Assembly: GCF_006345805.1 (NCBI RefSeq)
Contig: NC_043018.1
Location: forward strand, 6,634,001 to 6,698,000
Length of the DNA: 64,000 nt
Direction: 5' to 3'
Source: Octopus sinensis
Taxonomy: Eukaryota
Position 1 is the stretch's first letter. Each line of letters starts with the position of its first letter. Shown in pieces: positions 50,775-63,104 of this stretch. The notes beneath the pieces were generated by a model. The model was not told the DNA's origin. It saw only the letters and a program-made list of their open reading frames with translations, and searched no databases. The translations under genes and the position numbers were made by a program.

Positions 50775-50828
50775 CATATTCCTTCCACTGCTTTTGAATA
50801 ATTATCGCCGAACATGTAGAAATGTAAT
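50775..50828 (-). CDS. Candidate 54-bp exon (xYISTCSAIIIQKQWKEYx), IQ-like motif
   Basis: Donor ATG|gtaaat; weak acceptor (an alternative acceptor at 50872 gives 98 bp). Confidence 0.25.
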
Positions 50829-51074
50829 CTGTTACCATCTTCATGGCGGCATTTGGTAAGTTAAGTATGGTTCTGTGTAATGTCACCGAAATAATTGGAA
50901 TTATATATTTTGTATCATGTGTTTCGAGAAGAATAGTGTAGTCAGTTCTAAGCTTCCGACAAACCAATTATTGTGTTTCTGATGGTGCGAGGGACAAAAG
51001 AATGTCTGGGGAACTGATGCTGAATAAATACCACAAGGTATTTTTGTTTGGTTTATGGCCAAATTTCCTGCTGT

Positions 51075-51088
51075 GCTATATATGTATG

Positions 51089-51136
<48 letters not shown>

Positions 51137-51495
51137 ATATATACATATATATATGTATATAATATATGTATATATGTATATGTATGTATGTGTATGTATA
51201 TATATATATACAGACACATATATATACATATATATATACACACATATATATACATATATATACACATATATATACACATATATATATACACATATATATA
51301 TATATACACACATACATATATATATATATACACACACACACACATATATATATATGTACATACACACACACACACAAACACACACACATATGTGTACACA
51401 CACATGCACACATATATATATATATATATATATTTCATTGACAAACATGTAGCTATATCAAGATGTGTGTGTGTGTGTGTGTGAGTGTGTGTGTA
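51075..51495. repeat. (TA)/(CA) low-complexity tract
   Basis: Directly visible. Confidence 0.92.
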
Positions 51496-51633
51496 AATCA
51501 AAGTACAGAATATTACAGATCCATCACTGCCAATTTTATTTTGTTTCACACAGGATATTAGATAACCGGATGGCTATCTAATACACATGCTCTTCATGGC
51601 TGGCAGGCAGGAGAAAAGAACACACACACACAC

Positions 51634-51674
<41 letters not shown>

Positions 51675-52359
51675 GATATATATGCACACAGAGGTATGTT
51701 GATGCAAACGGGAAAAATAGAGCTCAAATTATGAATATATGTATATTTTCATTAATATTTAGCAGAAGTAACAGAATGATTGTAGCTCCAAGAGTTTCGT
51801 GCTTTGGCACTTATCAAACAGGTTCACCTGTTTGATGAGCACCAAGGCACCAAACCTGTAAACCTTCAGTCATTGTTTTACATCTGCTAAATAATATATA
51901 TATATAAACACACACACATACACAGGAGTGGCTGAGTGGTAAGTAGCTTGCTTGGCACCTTGGGCAAGCATCTTCTACTATAGTGTCGGCCCGACCAAAG
52001 CCTTGTGAGGGGATTTGGTAGATGGAAACTGAAAAGAAGCCCGTCGTATATATATATATCAGAAAAGTGTATAATTGTGAACTATGCCTCAGTGAAAGAA
52101 TAATAATAATAATAATAATAATATCAAGAGCATAAACCTCCACAAAGGCAACACCAACATCTTCTCAACGTCAATGTCTGAAATAAACTCAACTGCTCTC
52201 ACAAACAAGAATACTAAAAATGAACCCAACCGCTCTAAAAAATTATGGAAAAAAAACTGGAAAAATAATCCAGAATCCTTGTCCATTCCCTGATCGATCC
52301 CAATGGTAGTCATGGAATGTGAAGTTAGTACATGGGCCATATGTGTAATGCCGTGTGTA

Positions 52360-52615
52360 TTTCGTCTGCAGTTGGAATAGATTGAATCTGTAGTCTTTGA
52401 ATCAGCTTTCTCCTTTCTGGGTTTGAAAAGATTAATTTTTCAAGATTGGTATATAGGCAGTGTGTTACATAATCCAGAACCCCAATACTTGCAGCTGTAA
52501 ACCTGAACTTGTAACATGGATAGAGTAACTGCAGATTTCTCAATAGTTCAAAGTAAGTATTCTCTTTTTCACTGATCTTCAGTCTTATGTAAACATCTGC
52601 TGGGCAGCTGATTTC
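52360..52615 (-). pseudogene. RLE endonuclease C-terminal fragment (NeSL/HERO-like)
   Basis: LEISCPADVYIRLKISEKENTYFELLRNLQLLYPCYKFRFTAASIGVLDYV. Confidence 0.82.
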
Positions 52616-52795
52616 CAAAACTGTCTGTCTGCCTGTATGTAAGTATGCATGTATGCATGTGTAAGTTGACATTTATAGTCAACTTATCAATATCTCAGTT
52701 ATTTTATCTTGTTACCTCTCTAATTCCCTCTCTCTACTGTAAAGCTTTGTCTTTCCTGTATATAACTCATAGAGTCCAATCTATGAGTTAAATAC

Positions 52796-52990
52796 ATTTC
52801 CAAGGTGTAAAGGAGGTTATTATTATTTTTGACAAAACCATGGGGAAGGCAGCTCTTTCTGAAGGACGATATTCTGACATAAAACTTTCAAACAAAATAG
52901 CACCAGTCCCTTTGCAATGCTTGTCACTTGAACCCACTAAGCGAACTGAGAGAGAGGCAAAAGTGTTGTACAAATTTTCGGCACTTAAAT
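52796..52990 (-). CDS. Candidate 195-bp exon or coding relic, product unknown
   Basis: About 65 codons open on both strands in register. The minus strand has AG/GT boundaries (cattag, AAT|gtattt). Strand and identity unresolved. Confidence 0.25.
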
Positions 52991-52999
52991 CTAATGACA

Positions 53000-54414
53000 C
53001 ATGAAATAGTATCAAAAGGTTCCGCAAATAGTTATGTTTAAGAAAATAACATTGTCTCTTTCAGAATAGTCACCTTCTGCAACAATACACTGGTCCCAGC
53101 ATTCCTGCCACTTTTAGAACCCAGCCTGGAAGTTGTTCTGTGTGAGTCAAGAACATTCAGTGATTCACTCTGGATCTCTACAACGATGTTAAAACGGTGA
53201 CCTTTGAGCTGTATTTTCTTCTTGAGGAAGAGATGGAAGTCCACAGGGACTATATCTGGAGAAATAGGGTGGGTACAGGGTTTTTTTTTTTTTTTGTTTT
53301 GTGACCTCCTTCGGTCATGAATGACCATGGAATTGCACCTAGAAAGTTACCCTCCGAGGTACAAGTCTGAGCAAGGTTGTTTATAGAAGACCAGCAGACG
53401 CCCACACATACCAGCCTCTCCTCTCCATGCCACCGATGTTATCCAAGGGAAAGGCAAAGGCCGATACAGCTTGGCACCAGTGACGTTGCAGCTCATTTAT
53501 TAACATGCAAGTGGCTGAGTACTCCAGAGACACGTGTACCCCTAACGTAGTTCTCAAGGAGATTCAGCGTGACACAGAGTGTGACAAGGCTGGACCTTTG
53601 AAATACAAGTACAACAGAAACAAGAAGAGAGAGTAAGAGAAAGTTGTGGCGAAAGAGTACAGCAAGGATCACCACCATCCACTGCCGGATCCTCGTGGAG
53701 CTTTAGGTGTTTTCGCTCAATAAACACTCACAACGCCTGGTCTGGGAATCGAAACTGCGAGCCTATGACCGCGAGTCCACTGCCCTAACCATTGGGCCAT
53801 TGCACCTCCACACAGAAGTGATACCATGTTGCTTTTAGTGAGAAACCCATGAGTGAGGAGAGCACAGTGAAGAATCCAATGCTTTGTGCTCCAAAGATCC
53901 ATAGACATTTGCTGAATGCCCTCCCTCAAATATTTCAATATGTCGCAGTAGGCCTCTTGATTGATGGTCTGGCCCTGGGGGATGAATTCTCGATGTACAA
54001 TACCATATTTCTAGAGCTGATGCTCGTGGAAGTTCATCCAGATTGCTCATCATCGTCCAGGGATGTTCTTCCACTTTTGAAGCACCTGTGCCACTCAAAA
54101 CATTGCATATGACCCATTGCCTCATTGCTGTAAGCTTGCTGAAGCATGCTCAACATCTCTGTAGCAGACTTCTCATGTTTAACATAAAATTTCACTTTGG
54201 ATCTTTGTTCTTATCCATGACAAGATCACAGACTACAGCATACACATGATCACAAAAACACAAATTTCACAACCTGTAAAGTAAACACAACAATGTCACT
54301 CAGCACACTGCCCCACGAAGGCCAGTGCTAGCTCTCACTGGACATGCAACCATGTGCTGCCATCTGTTGGCATGCTACAGAACTAGTCTGGGAACTTTTT
54401 AATACCACCTCGTA
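53000..54414 (-). mobile_element. Mariner (DD34D-type) relic with nested SINEs
   Basis: TIR tacgaggtggtattaaaaagttcc at the right end and a degenerate copy at 53000. HPISPDIVPVDFHLF (YSPDLAPxDF motif) at 53200-53280; further transposase remnants at 53820-54200. Confidence 0.85.
53300..53810 (-). mobile_element. SINE D/D2 composite inserted into the mariner
   Basis: Family D head at 53610-53810, D2 body at 53300-53610. Confidence 0.8.
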
Positions 54415-54471
54415 CAGATGTTTCACTATAGATGAAGCAATCACCATGTATGTGTGTACGTATATATATGT

Positions 54472-54778
54472 GTGTGGAGGCACATGGCCTAGTGGTTAGA
54501 GCAGCGGACTCACAGTCGAAGGATCATGGGTTCGAATCTCAGACCGGGCGATGTGTGTGTTTATGAGCGAAAACACCTAAGCTCCTCGCAGCTCCGGCAG
54601 AAGGTAATGGCGAACTTCTGCTGATTCTTTCGCCACAACTTTCTCTCACTCTTTCCTTCTGCATCTTGCAGCTCACCTGCGACGGACCAGCGTCCCATCC
54701 AGGTGGGGAACCTATACGTCAGGGAAACCGGGGGACCGGCCCTATGAGCCAGGCATGGCTTGAGACAAAACAAACAAC
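54472..54778 (+). mobile_element. SINE family D
   Basis: Head ggcctagtggttagagcagcggac...ggttcgaatctc. Confidence 0.88.
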
Positions 54779-55119
54779 ATATATATGTGTATGTCTTTAT
54801 GTGTGCATATGTGTGAATGTGCATGAATAAGACATCCTGTGGCATTGCTCGTGACAAACAGTGCTATGATGTTGAAATTGCTTGTTGACCTTTTGACCAG
54901 CCGGTCTGTGCATTAGAAGACCTGTGGAATATGAAATCCTTTACTTAAAATTGTGATGAAGGTTGGTGAAAGGGAAAGCATCCAGCCATAAAATTATGCC
55001 ATGATTCAATCCGTGGCCATCCCACAATATTATGGTACAAAAGAAATTTTGAGAAAAAAATGTAAAATGTTTTATTGTTTTATTTTTATTGACACAGAAA
55101 GTATTATAAAGGGAGGGAA

Positions 55120-55249
55120 AGAGGAAGGATGGATGGATGGATGGATGGATGGATGGATGGATGGATGGATGGATGGTTGGACAGATAGATAAGTAGGTAG
55201 ATAGCTAAATAGGTAGATAGCTAAACAGATAGATAGATAGATAGATAGC

Positions 55250-55333
<84 letters not shown>

Positions 55334-55444
55334 AAGAAAGAAAGAAAGAAAGATGATAGATAGATAGATAGATAAGTAAATAGATAGATAAGTAGATAGA
55401 TAAATAGATAAGTAGATAGATAGACAGACAGACAGATAGATAAG

Positions 55445-55515
<71 letters not shown>

Positions 55516-55660
55516 TTAAAAAGAAAATTAAATAGATGAATAGATAAATAATTAGATATGTGCAAGAGAGAGAGAGAGGTAGAGAGAGAGTGACAGACAG
55601 AGACTGACTAACTGACTGAGAGATAAAGAAAGAGAGTGAAAGAGAGAGAGAGAGAGAAAT
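55120..55660. repeat. (GGAT)n, (AGAT)n, (AG)n microsatellites
   Basis: Directly visible. Confidence 0.95.
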
Positions 55661-56529
55661 AATCACCATTCAGAAAATCCTACCATATATATATATATGA
55701 CAGTAGCAAAATCATGGCTATTGAGGATTTTGTTAAATTTCTTTATGTTTTTTCTTCTCTTTTAAGCACTGTCATTGGAGTCAGCTTTCATAGAAGATAG
55801 TATTCTTCTCTCATTTATAATGTTGCTTAATTTGCTTATGTGGACGTTTATGTTTAATATAATGAACATATTTGATTTATGTGTCTTGCTGATGCAGTTA
55901 TTAAGTACATTAAGAGCTTTCCAGAATTACATTATCAAAAGGGGGATGTCCATAACTTGTGACACCATTTTTAATGACTTAGAACATTAATGTACAAATC
56001 TGTTATTGTTGCTATTTATAATTTTCTTATTTAACAAGCGATGGGGGTTTATATTTGGAAAATCTGGTAAATTGGCAGAGTGGTTGCTGTTCTAGTTAGA
56101 ATGTTTCAGTGTATCTGGTTTAGCTCTCTTTGTGCTTAAAGTTCAAATCTTACAAAATCAGTTGGGGAGTCATGTGAGCAGACAGTGAAATATAATGAAA
56201 GTTAACAAAAAGAGTGAAGGCTCCAACACATCTTTACTACCATCTCTTTCTCTGAACAGGGAAAACTGTGTCTCTTCAACAGTACGACACCTATTCCTGC
56301 CTGTCTATCATACTTTAGCCTCTCTTTATTTGGCATAAAGCCACCCCACTTGGATAACATCAGTGGCATGGAGAGGGGAGGCTGGTAAGCATGGGCAACT
56401 GCTGCACTTCCATACACAACTTTGCCCAGACTTGTGTCTTGGAGGGTAACTTTCTGGGTGCAATTCCATGGCCATTCAAGATTGAAGGGGATCTTTACCC
56501 TTTATCCGTTTTATACTCTCCGACCCCAC

Positions 56530-57240
56530 ATAATCAAGGAGATTTTCCCTGTTCTTTTACATCTAGTATTTTACTTGGCAACCTCCATAGTGCCAGTGGC
56601 ATGGGAGGAGTGCCTAATATATTCTGTAAAAGTTGATGACCTAAGGAATGGCATCCAGTTGTAGAAACCATGCCAAAGCTGACACAAAGCTCAATGCTGC
56701 TCTGTGGTTAACTCAATTCTGCTAAACCATCCAACTTATGCCAGCATAGGAAACAGCCATTAAATGATGATTATGATGATGATGACGATGATGATGACAA
56801 CAATGATGATGATGATGTTGACAATGACGATGACGATGATGATGATGATGATGAAGATGACAACAACAAAGATGATGACGATGTTGATCATCATCATCAT
56901 CATCATCGTTTAACGTCCATTCTCCATGCTAGCATGGGTTGGACGGTTTGACCGGGGTTCTGGGAAGCCAGAAGGCTGCACCAGGCTCCAGTCTAATCTG
57001 ACAATGTTTCTACAGCTGGATGCCCTTCCTAACGCCAACCACTCCGTGAGTGTAGTGGGTGCTTTTTACGTGCCACCTGCACAGGTGCCAGGCGAGGCTG
57101 GCAACGGCCACGGTTGGATTGGTGTATTTTATGTGCCACCGGCACGGAAGCCAGTCGAGGCGGTGCTGGCATCGGCCACGAGTCGGATAGTGCTTTTTAC
57201 GTACCACCAGACCAGGGATCCTGGCTGGTTCAATTCGATT
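56530..57240. mobile_element. Two family C copies tail-to-tail around a (GAT)n/(CAT)n tract
   Basis: Plus copy 56530-56800 and minus copy 56890-57240. Confidence 0.8.
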
Positions 57241-58073
57241 TCGATTTCGGATAATGATAATGATGATGATGATGATGAAGACAACGAAGATGATGATGAT
57301 AGGGACGATGATGACGATGACAATGATGATGATGATGATAAAATCTATAAACATTAAAAATACCACTGAATTAAGATACATAGAGGGATGCCATTTGCCA
57401 CTGCTTGCTATGCTAAAAATAGCAGCCAAATTTTTCCTCTCAGATAACATACTGTTTGTTTTATATAAGAGAAACGAACACATTGCATAATTTACTTTGA
57501 GACATACTTGTGTAAAAAGACAAGATGGTCATGCCCAAAAAGTCTTTTGATCCAATTGGCTGTTCACTGAATCATTGACCTAGGGCTAAATAACAATAAC
57601 TGCCATCTGTTTGTGTGTATTGCGCTTGTTGCATTGATCAGAAAATTTCCTTTGCATGCAATGTGAAACAAGTGGTGTGTGTTTGAAAGCAGTGTGCCGT
57701 AAGTAAGACCACATCAAAACACTTTGAATTGTTCACGTCACAGAGCTATGGCGGCACCACAAAACAAGGAGATGCAGACACACATACAAGCAATCATACT
57801 CATGCAACACACACACGCACTCACACATACGCACACACACTTACACATGCACAGGTGCACATATGCAGATATATGGTCATGCAGATACATACATGCACAT
57901 ATATACACAGACGCACATACAGAGTAACAAATATATACACGCAAACTCACGTATCATCATCATCATCATCTATCATCACAATCATCATCATCATCATCAT
58001 TATCATCACAATCATCATCATCATCATCATAATGATCCTCATCATCACCTATTATCACAATCATTATCATCAT

Positions 58074-58105
<32 letters not shown>

Positions 58106-58430
58106 CAATCATCATCATCATCATCATCATCAATCATCACAATCATCATTATCATCATCATCATCACCATCATCATCTCCATCATTGTCATCATCATCAT
58201 CATTTAGTGTCTGTTTTCGATGCTGGCATGGGTTAGACAGTTTGATTGGAACAAGTAAGCCACACAATATACAACCAAAAAGGAAAAATTTAATTGTCAC
58301 TAGTTGCGACTGACAGGGCAACGTAGCACCTACATTGCTAGAAATAAGAGCTAAAAGCCCTTTTGGTAAAAACGGTGAGATAACAAAAGAAAGAAAGAGA
58401 CCTCAATATTGTGTAAATATAGGAATTTAT

Positions 58431-58713
58431 CTGTAAATATAATATGTGGCAATTATTCAGTAGCCAAGATAAAACTCTGAGTTTTGGATGCCGAGGTGGA
58501 AATCCGGCCATCTGAAAAACGCTATGAAATTACTGCTTTTGTCTAAATAGCGGTCTATAACACAGTAATTTCCCTTTGTATAACAGTCTTTTTTCAAAGC
58601 GTTTTTCCAATGGCCGAATAACTGAAGAGATGATGGTGTGGATTTCAACCTCGGCATCCGAAACTCAGAGTTTTTATCTTGGCTACCAAATAATTGTCAC
58701 ATATTATATTTAC
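58431..58713. mobile_element. Inverted-repeat element (~80-bp arms), probable Penelope-like pLTR fold-back
   Basis: gtagccaagataaaactctgagttttggatgccgaggtggaaatcc versus ggatttcaacctcggcatccgaaactcagagtttttatcttggctac. Confidence 0.85.
58618..58678 (+). ncRNA. Hammerhead ribozyme-like motif
   Basis: ataa-CTGAAGA-gatg...catc-c-GAAA-ctc a gag-TT-tttat; intact core boxes, palindromic stem III, weak stem I. Confidence 0.45.
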
Positions 58714-58852
58714 ATATATATATACATAAGGTTAATCCAAACGGGAAAACAGAAAAAACAACAACACGTGGAACAATTACAGTATTATTATTATTAGGTG
58801 CTCAGGAAAATGGAAGAAGGAAGGTATATATATATATGTATGTATATATATA

Positions 58853-58891
<39 letters not shown>

Positions 58892-59085
58892 GAAAGAAGG
58901 TTTGAAAATGCAATTTAAAAGATGTTTATTTACTTTACCGGTTTCACTCTTTGGAAAAAGATTGTCAAAAGTAACATGTGGAAGTTTGGTTGCGTTAATT
59001 ATTGGTTGTTGCAAATTGCTACATTACATATATATATACAGTCTTTGGTAACAGGGACATATATATATGTGTGTGTGTGTGTGTG

Positions 59086-59116
<31 letters not shown>

Positions 59117-59339
59117 ATAAAATCATAATTGACTGATCCTCCTGTTTTCTTTTACAGAAAGCCAGGAAATTTTCAGCACACCTTGCATATATATGTATGT
59201 ACATATTTATGTATGCATGTATGTATGTAGGTATGTGTGTGTGTATACACATATGTGAGCACTGACACACACAAGTATCTAGGCACATATACATGTACAC
59301 ATGCTTACATACACATAAAAAGACTGTTCTGGAATAAAT

Positions 59340-59795
59340 GTAGAGAATCTCCTTGTTATTGAATACATATACAAACATCGACACAAGGTGGAACATCTCC
59401 ATCAAACCTTCTGTCAAGTGCAAATATAACAAGCCAGATATTGTTGTTTGGGACAGCCAAGAAAAAGTATGAAGTCAGCTGTATGATGTCAGCTGCATCA
59501 GGTCATAGAGGTTGGTTGTCTTGCTGATGTGATTATGTCCTTGAAAATCAAAGAGAAAGAGGATAACCATGGTCATCTGCTTTGAAACCTCCAGCTTCAA
59601 TATCAAGATTATAAATTCACATTTATACCAATAATAATTGGTGTATTTGGCTTTGTGGATAAATGCCTGAGCGAGAATCTGGCTAAGCTAGGGTTTGCAG
59701 TAAAAGAGATCAACCAGTTAACTCACACATTACAAATATAATCTGTAAGTGGAACAGTAAAAATATGCAAGATGTTTCTCAAGTTTAAAATGTGA
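59340..59795 (+). pseudogene. RLE non-LTR retrotransposon 3' fragment (NeSL/HERO-like)
   Basis: WNISIKPSVKCKYNKPDIVVWD...LKIKEKEDNHGHLL*NLQLQYQDYKFTFIPIIIG...VSGTVKICKMFLKFKM*. Confidence 0.85.
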
Positions 59796-59894
59796 CATTG
59801 TTTTCGCTGTCTACATTCCAGTGATGGAGTTTTGTAGCTTTGTTAGAAACCAGCACCTTATTCACAGGTAGAATTTAAATAATTTAAAATAGAA

Positions 59895-59960
59895 CATACA
59901 CACACACACACATATTTATATACATACGTACATACATACATACATGCATACATACATACA

Positions 59961-59992
<32 letters not shown>

Positions 59993-60180
59993 CATACATA
60001 CATACATACATACATACATACAAACATACATACATACAAACATACATACATACATACATACATACATACAAACATACAAACATACATACATACATACATA
60101 CAACATACATACATACATACATACATACTTACATAGATGCATGTATACATACAAACAGACAGGGAGATTGACAGACAGAC
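59895..60180. repeat. (ACAT)n microsatellite
   Basis: Directly visible. Confidence 0.95.
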
Positions 60181-60198
60181 ATTTGTATTTGTGTTTTA

Positions 60199-60298
60199 NN
60201 NNNNNNNNNNNNNNNNNNNNNNNNNNNNNNNNNNNNNNNNNNNNNNNNNNNNNNNNNNNNNNNNNNNNNNNNNNNNNNNNNNNNNNNNNNNNNNNNNN
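60199..60298. other. Assembly gap (100 N)
   Basis: Run of N. Confidence 0.99.
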
Positions 60299-60839
60299 AG
60301 AAAAAGAAGAAAAAAAAAAAAAAGATATTATAGAGATAACATACAAACAAACTCACACTCACGCATACACACACACACACATGCAGAAAGAGGATGAAAA
60401 TGCAATCACGGTGAAGGAAAAAAGAATACAAAACAAAACAAAAAGTAAACAAAAGAGACCATAAGCAAATATGAAAAGAAGAATGAAAGAAAGAAAGAGA
60501 GGAAGAAAGAGAGAGAGACCAATGGAGACAAATACAATAATTTAAGAAATAAGGAATGAATTAGCAACATCAACAATAGCAACAATGGAAAAATCAATAA
60601 ACAACACTATATAAAAATAAGCAAGAATGGCCTGCCCCTCCCCTCAAACATAACCATCATCATCATCATCAACACTATCACCAGGAATACTACCACCACC
60701 ACTGAAACCACTACTACCACTACTACAACTGATACAGCTGCTGCTGCTACTACTACTACTAACATCACCACCACCACCACTACTACTACTACTACACTAC
60801 TACTACTACTAACTACTACTACTACTATTACTACTACTA

Positions 60840-61072
60840 TAAGGTGGCGAGCTGGCAGAAACGTTAGCACGCCGGGCGAAATACTTAGCGGTATTTCGTC
60901 TGCCGTTACATTCTGGGTTCAAATTCCGATGAGGTCGACTTTGCCTTTCATCCTTTCGGGGTCGATAAATTTAGTACCAGTTACGCACTGGGACGATGTA
61001 ACCGACTTAATCCATTTGTCTGTCCTTGTTTGTCCTCTCAGTGTTTAGCCCCTTGTGGGTAGTAAAGAAATA
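60840..61072 (+). mobile_element. SINE family B, full length, inserted in a (TAC)n tract
   Basis: aaggtggcgagctggcagaa head; flanking tattactactacta at 60826-60839 and 61073-61086. Confidence 0.92.
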
Positions 61073-61401
61073 TATTACTACTACTACTCCTGCTACTACT
61101 ACCATCACCACCCCACCACCACCACTTTTGCTGCTGCTGCTGCTGCTGCTGCTACTACTACTACTACTACTTCTACAATTACTACTGCTACTGCTACCAC
61201 CACCACTGCTACCGCTTCCAGCACCACAAGGCTTGAGACAAGCAACAAAAGATATATATAAAAACACAATAAATATATCTAAAAATAATTTGGAATGTGT
61301 GAATGAAATATTTTAGATAACAATATATATATACATACATATATATATATATATATATATGCATATATATTCATATATATACATGCATATATATTCATAG
61401 T

Positions 61402-61433
<32 letters not shown>

Positions 61434-62515
61434 AAACAAAGATAAACCATTTCCAGAAAGGTAAAGATGAAAGTGTTTCATGCTATAATAAGTCATTGGC
61501 GATAAAAATCTCGGTAAAATATTAATGCCAAAATCACCACGGGACGGAACGGGATGGGATGTGGAATACAAAATGGATTTGAAGCTGTTATATATATCTG
61601 GCTTCATGTTGAATTGCTGCTGCTGCTACCGCTGTTGTTGTTGTTCCTTGTCTTCCTTCTTTCTTCTCCTTTTTCTTCTTCTTCTTCTCCAGTGAGTTTG
61701 TTTCTCGTTTAAAGGGAATTTTGATTTTATCCAGAGTAAATATCTTCCAAATATAACCATAAGTCTTTGAAATTTTCTGTAAACAAGACAGGTTTTTGAT
61801 TTCTTTCCTTTTTTTTTGGTAATTATTTATTCCGAATAATCACGTGACACATCAAAGATGGCAACAATTCCAGCATAGGATCAGCCATTCTGGAATTAAC
61901 GTTTTTCCATAATTTTCTCTCTCTAACTAACTATCTACATACCAGTCTATCTGTCTATCTATCTATCCATCTATCTGCCTATTGATCTATCTACCTATCT
62001 ATTGATTTATCTATCTATCTATCTACCTATCTATCTACTAATCTATCTTTCTAATTATCTTTATGTCCATCTATTTATTTGCCTATCATTTGAAATACTT
62101 AACTATGTCCCTGCATATATATATATATATATATATAATGTATTCAGTAGAACCTTGAAACATCACCACGTAAGAAACCAGAAATCGCTAGCTAGGATAA
62201 AATACTGTTCACAGTAAAATAACCAACAATGTTATCATGTGTTGTTAGGATACTGCATATGCATATATATATATATATAATATACATATATATATAAAAA
62301 CACATGAACAAAATAAGAATAAACAACAACAAAAACAAATTACATGAGCGCATATAAACAGAAGATACAAATATTACAGGCATCCCCCACACACACACTA
62401 AATAAACATAGACGCACGTAGAGATATAAGCATGCGCAAATGAAGACATACAATAGAAATACAAAATGGCTGACGGTTAGTAAGGAGAGACACAAATAAG
62501 AAAAAAGAAAACAAA

Positions 62516-62560
62516 GGACCACTGATGCGGTCACAGGAGTGTGACGAAAGAACTCTGGCC
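62516..62560 (+). ncRNA. Minimal type-I hammerhead ribozyme-like motif
   Basis: ggacca-CTGATGC-g-gtcaca ggag tgtgac-GAAA-g aa c-TC-tggcc: 6-bp stem II, A9 substituted by C in this copy. Confidence 0.55.
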
Positions 62561-62690
62561 GAAATAAGATTAAGATTAATGTAAAAAATAAATAACACTG
62601 AAGGAAAATAACACCAAATATATAGTGCGTGTGTTTTTATTGGCTAAACTGGTAAAATGACCATTCCGAAATATAACAATATATATATAC

Positions 62691-62733
<43 letters not shown>

Positions 62734-62874
62734 AGGGCATCCAGCCATATAAACCATGTCAAAATGCACATCAAGTCTGAACAGCCCCTAGCTTGTCAGC
62801 ACCTGTCAAATGTCCAGTGTGTGTGTATGTGTGCATGTAATTATGTATGTATACACACACACACATTTATATAC

Positions 62875-62921
<47 letters not shown>

Positions 62922-63104
62922 CATATATGCATACATATATATACATATATGTGTGTGTGTATGTGTTTTATCACCATCATCTTTTAACATCCAGTTCCCT
63001 GCTGGCATGGACTGGATGGTTTGACCTGAGCTGGCTACCAGGTTCCAGTGTGATTTGGTTCAACATACATACATACATGCATACATACATATAGACATAT
63101 CATC

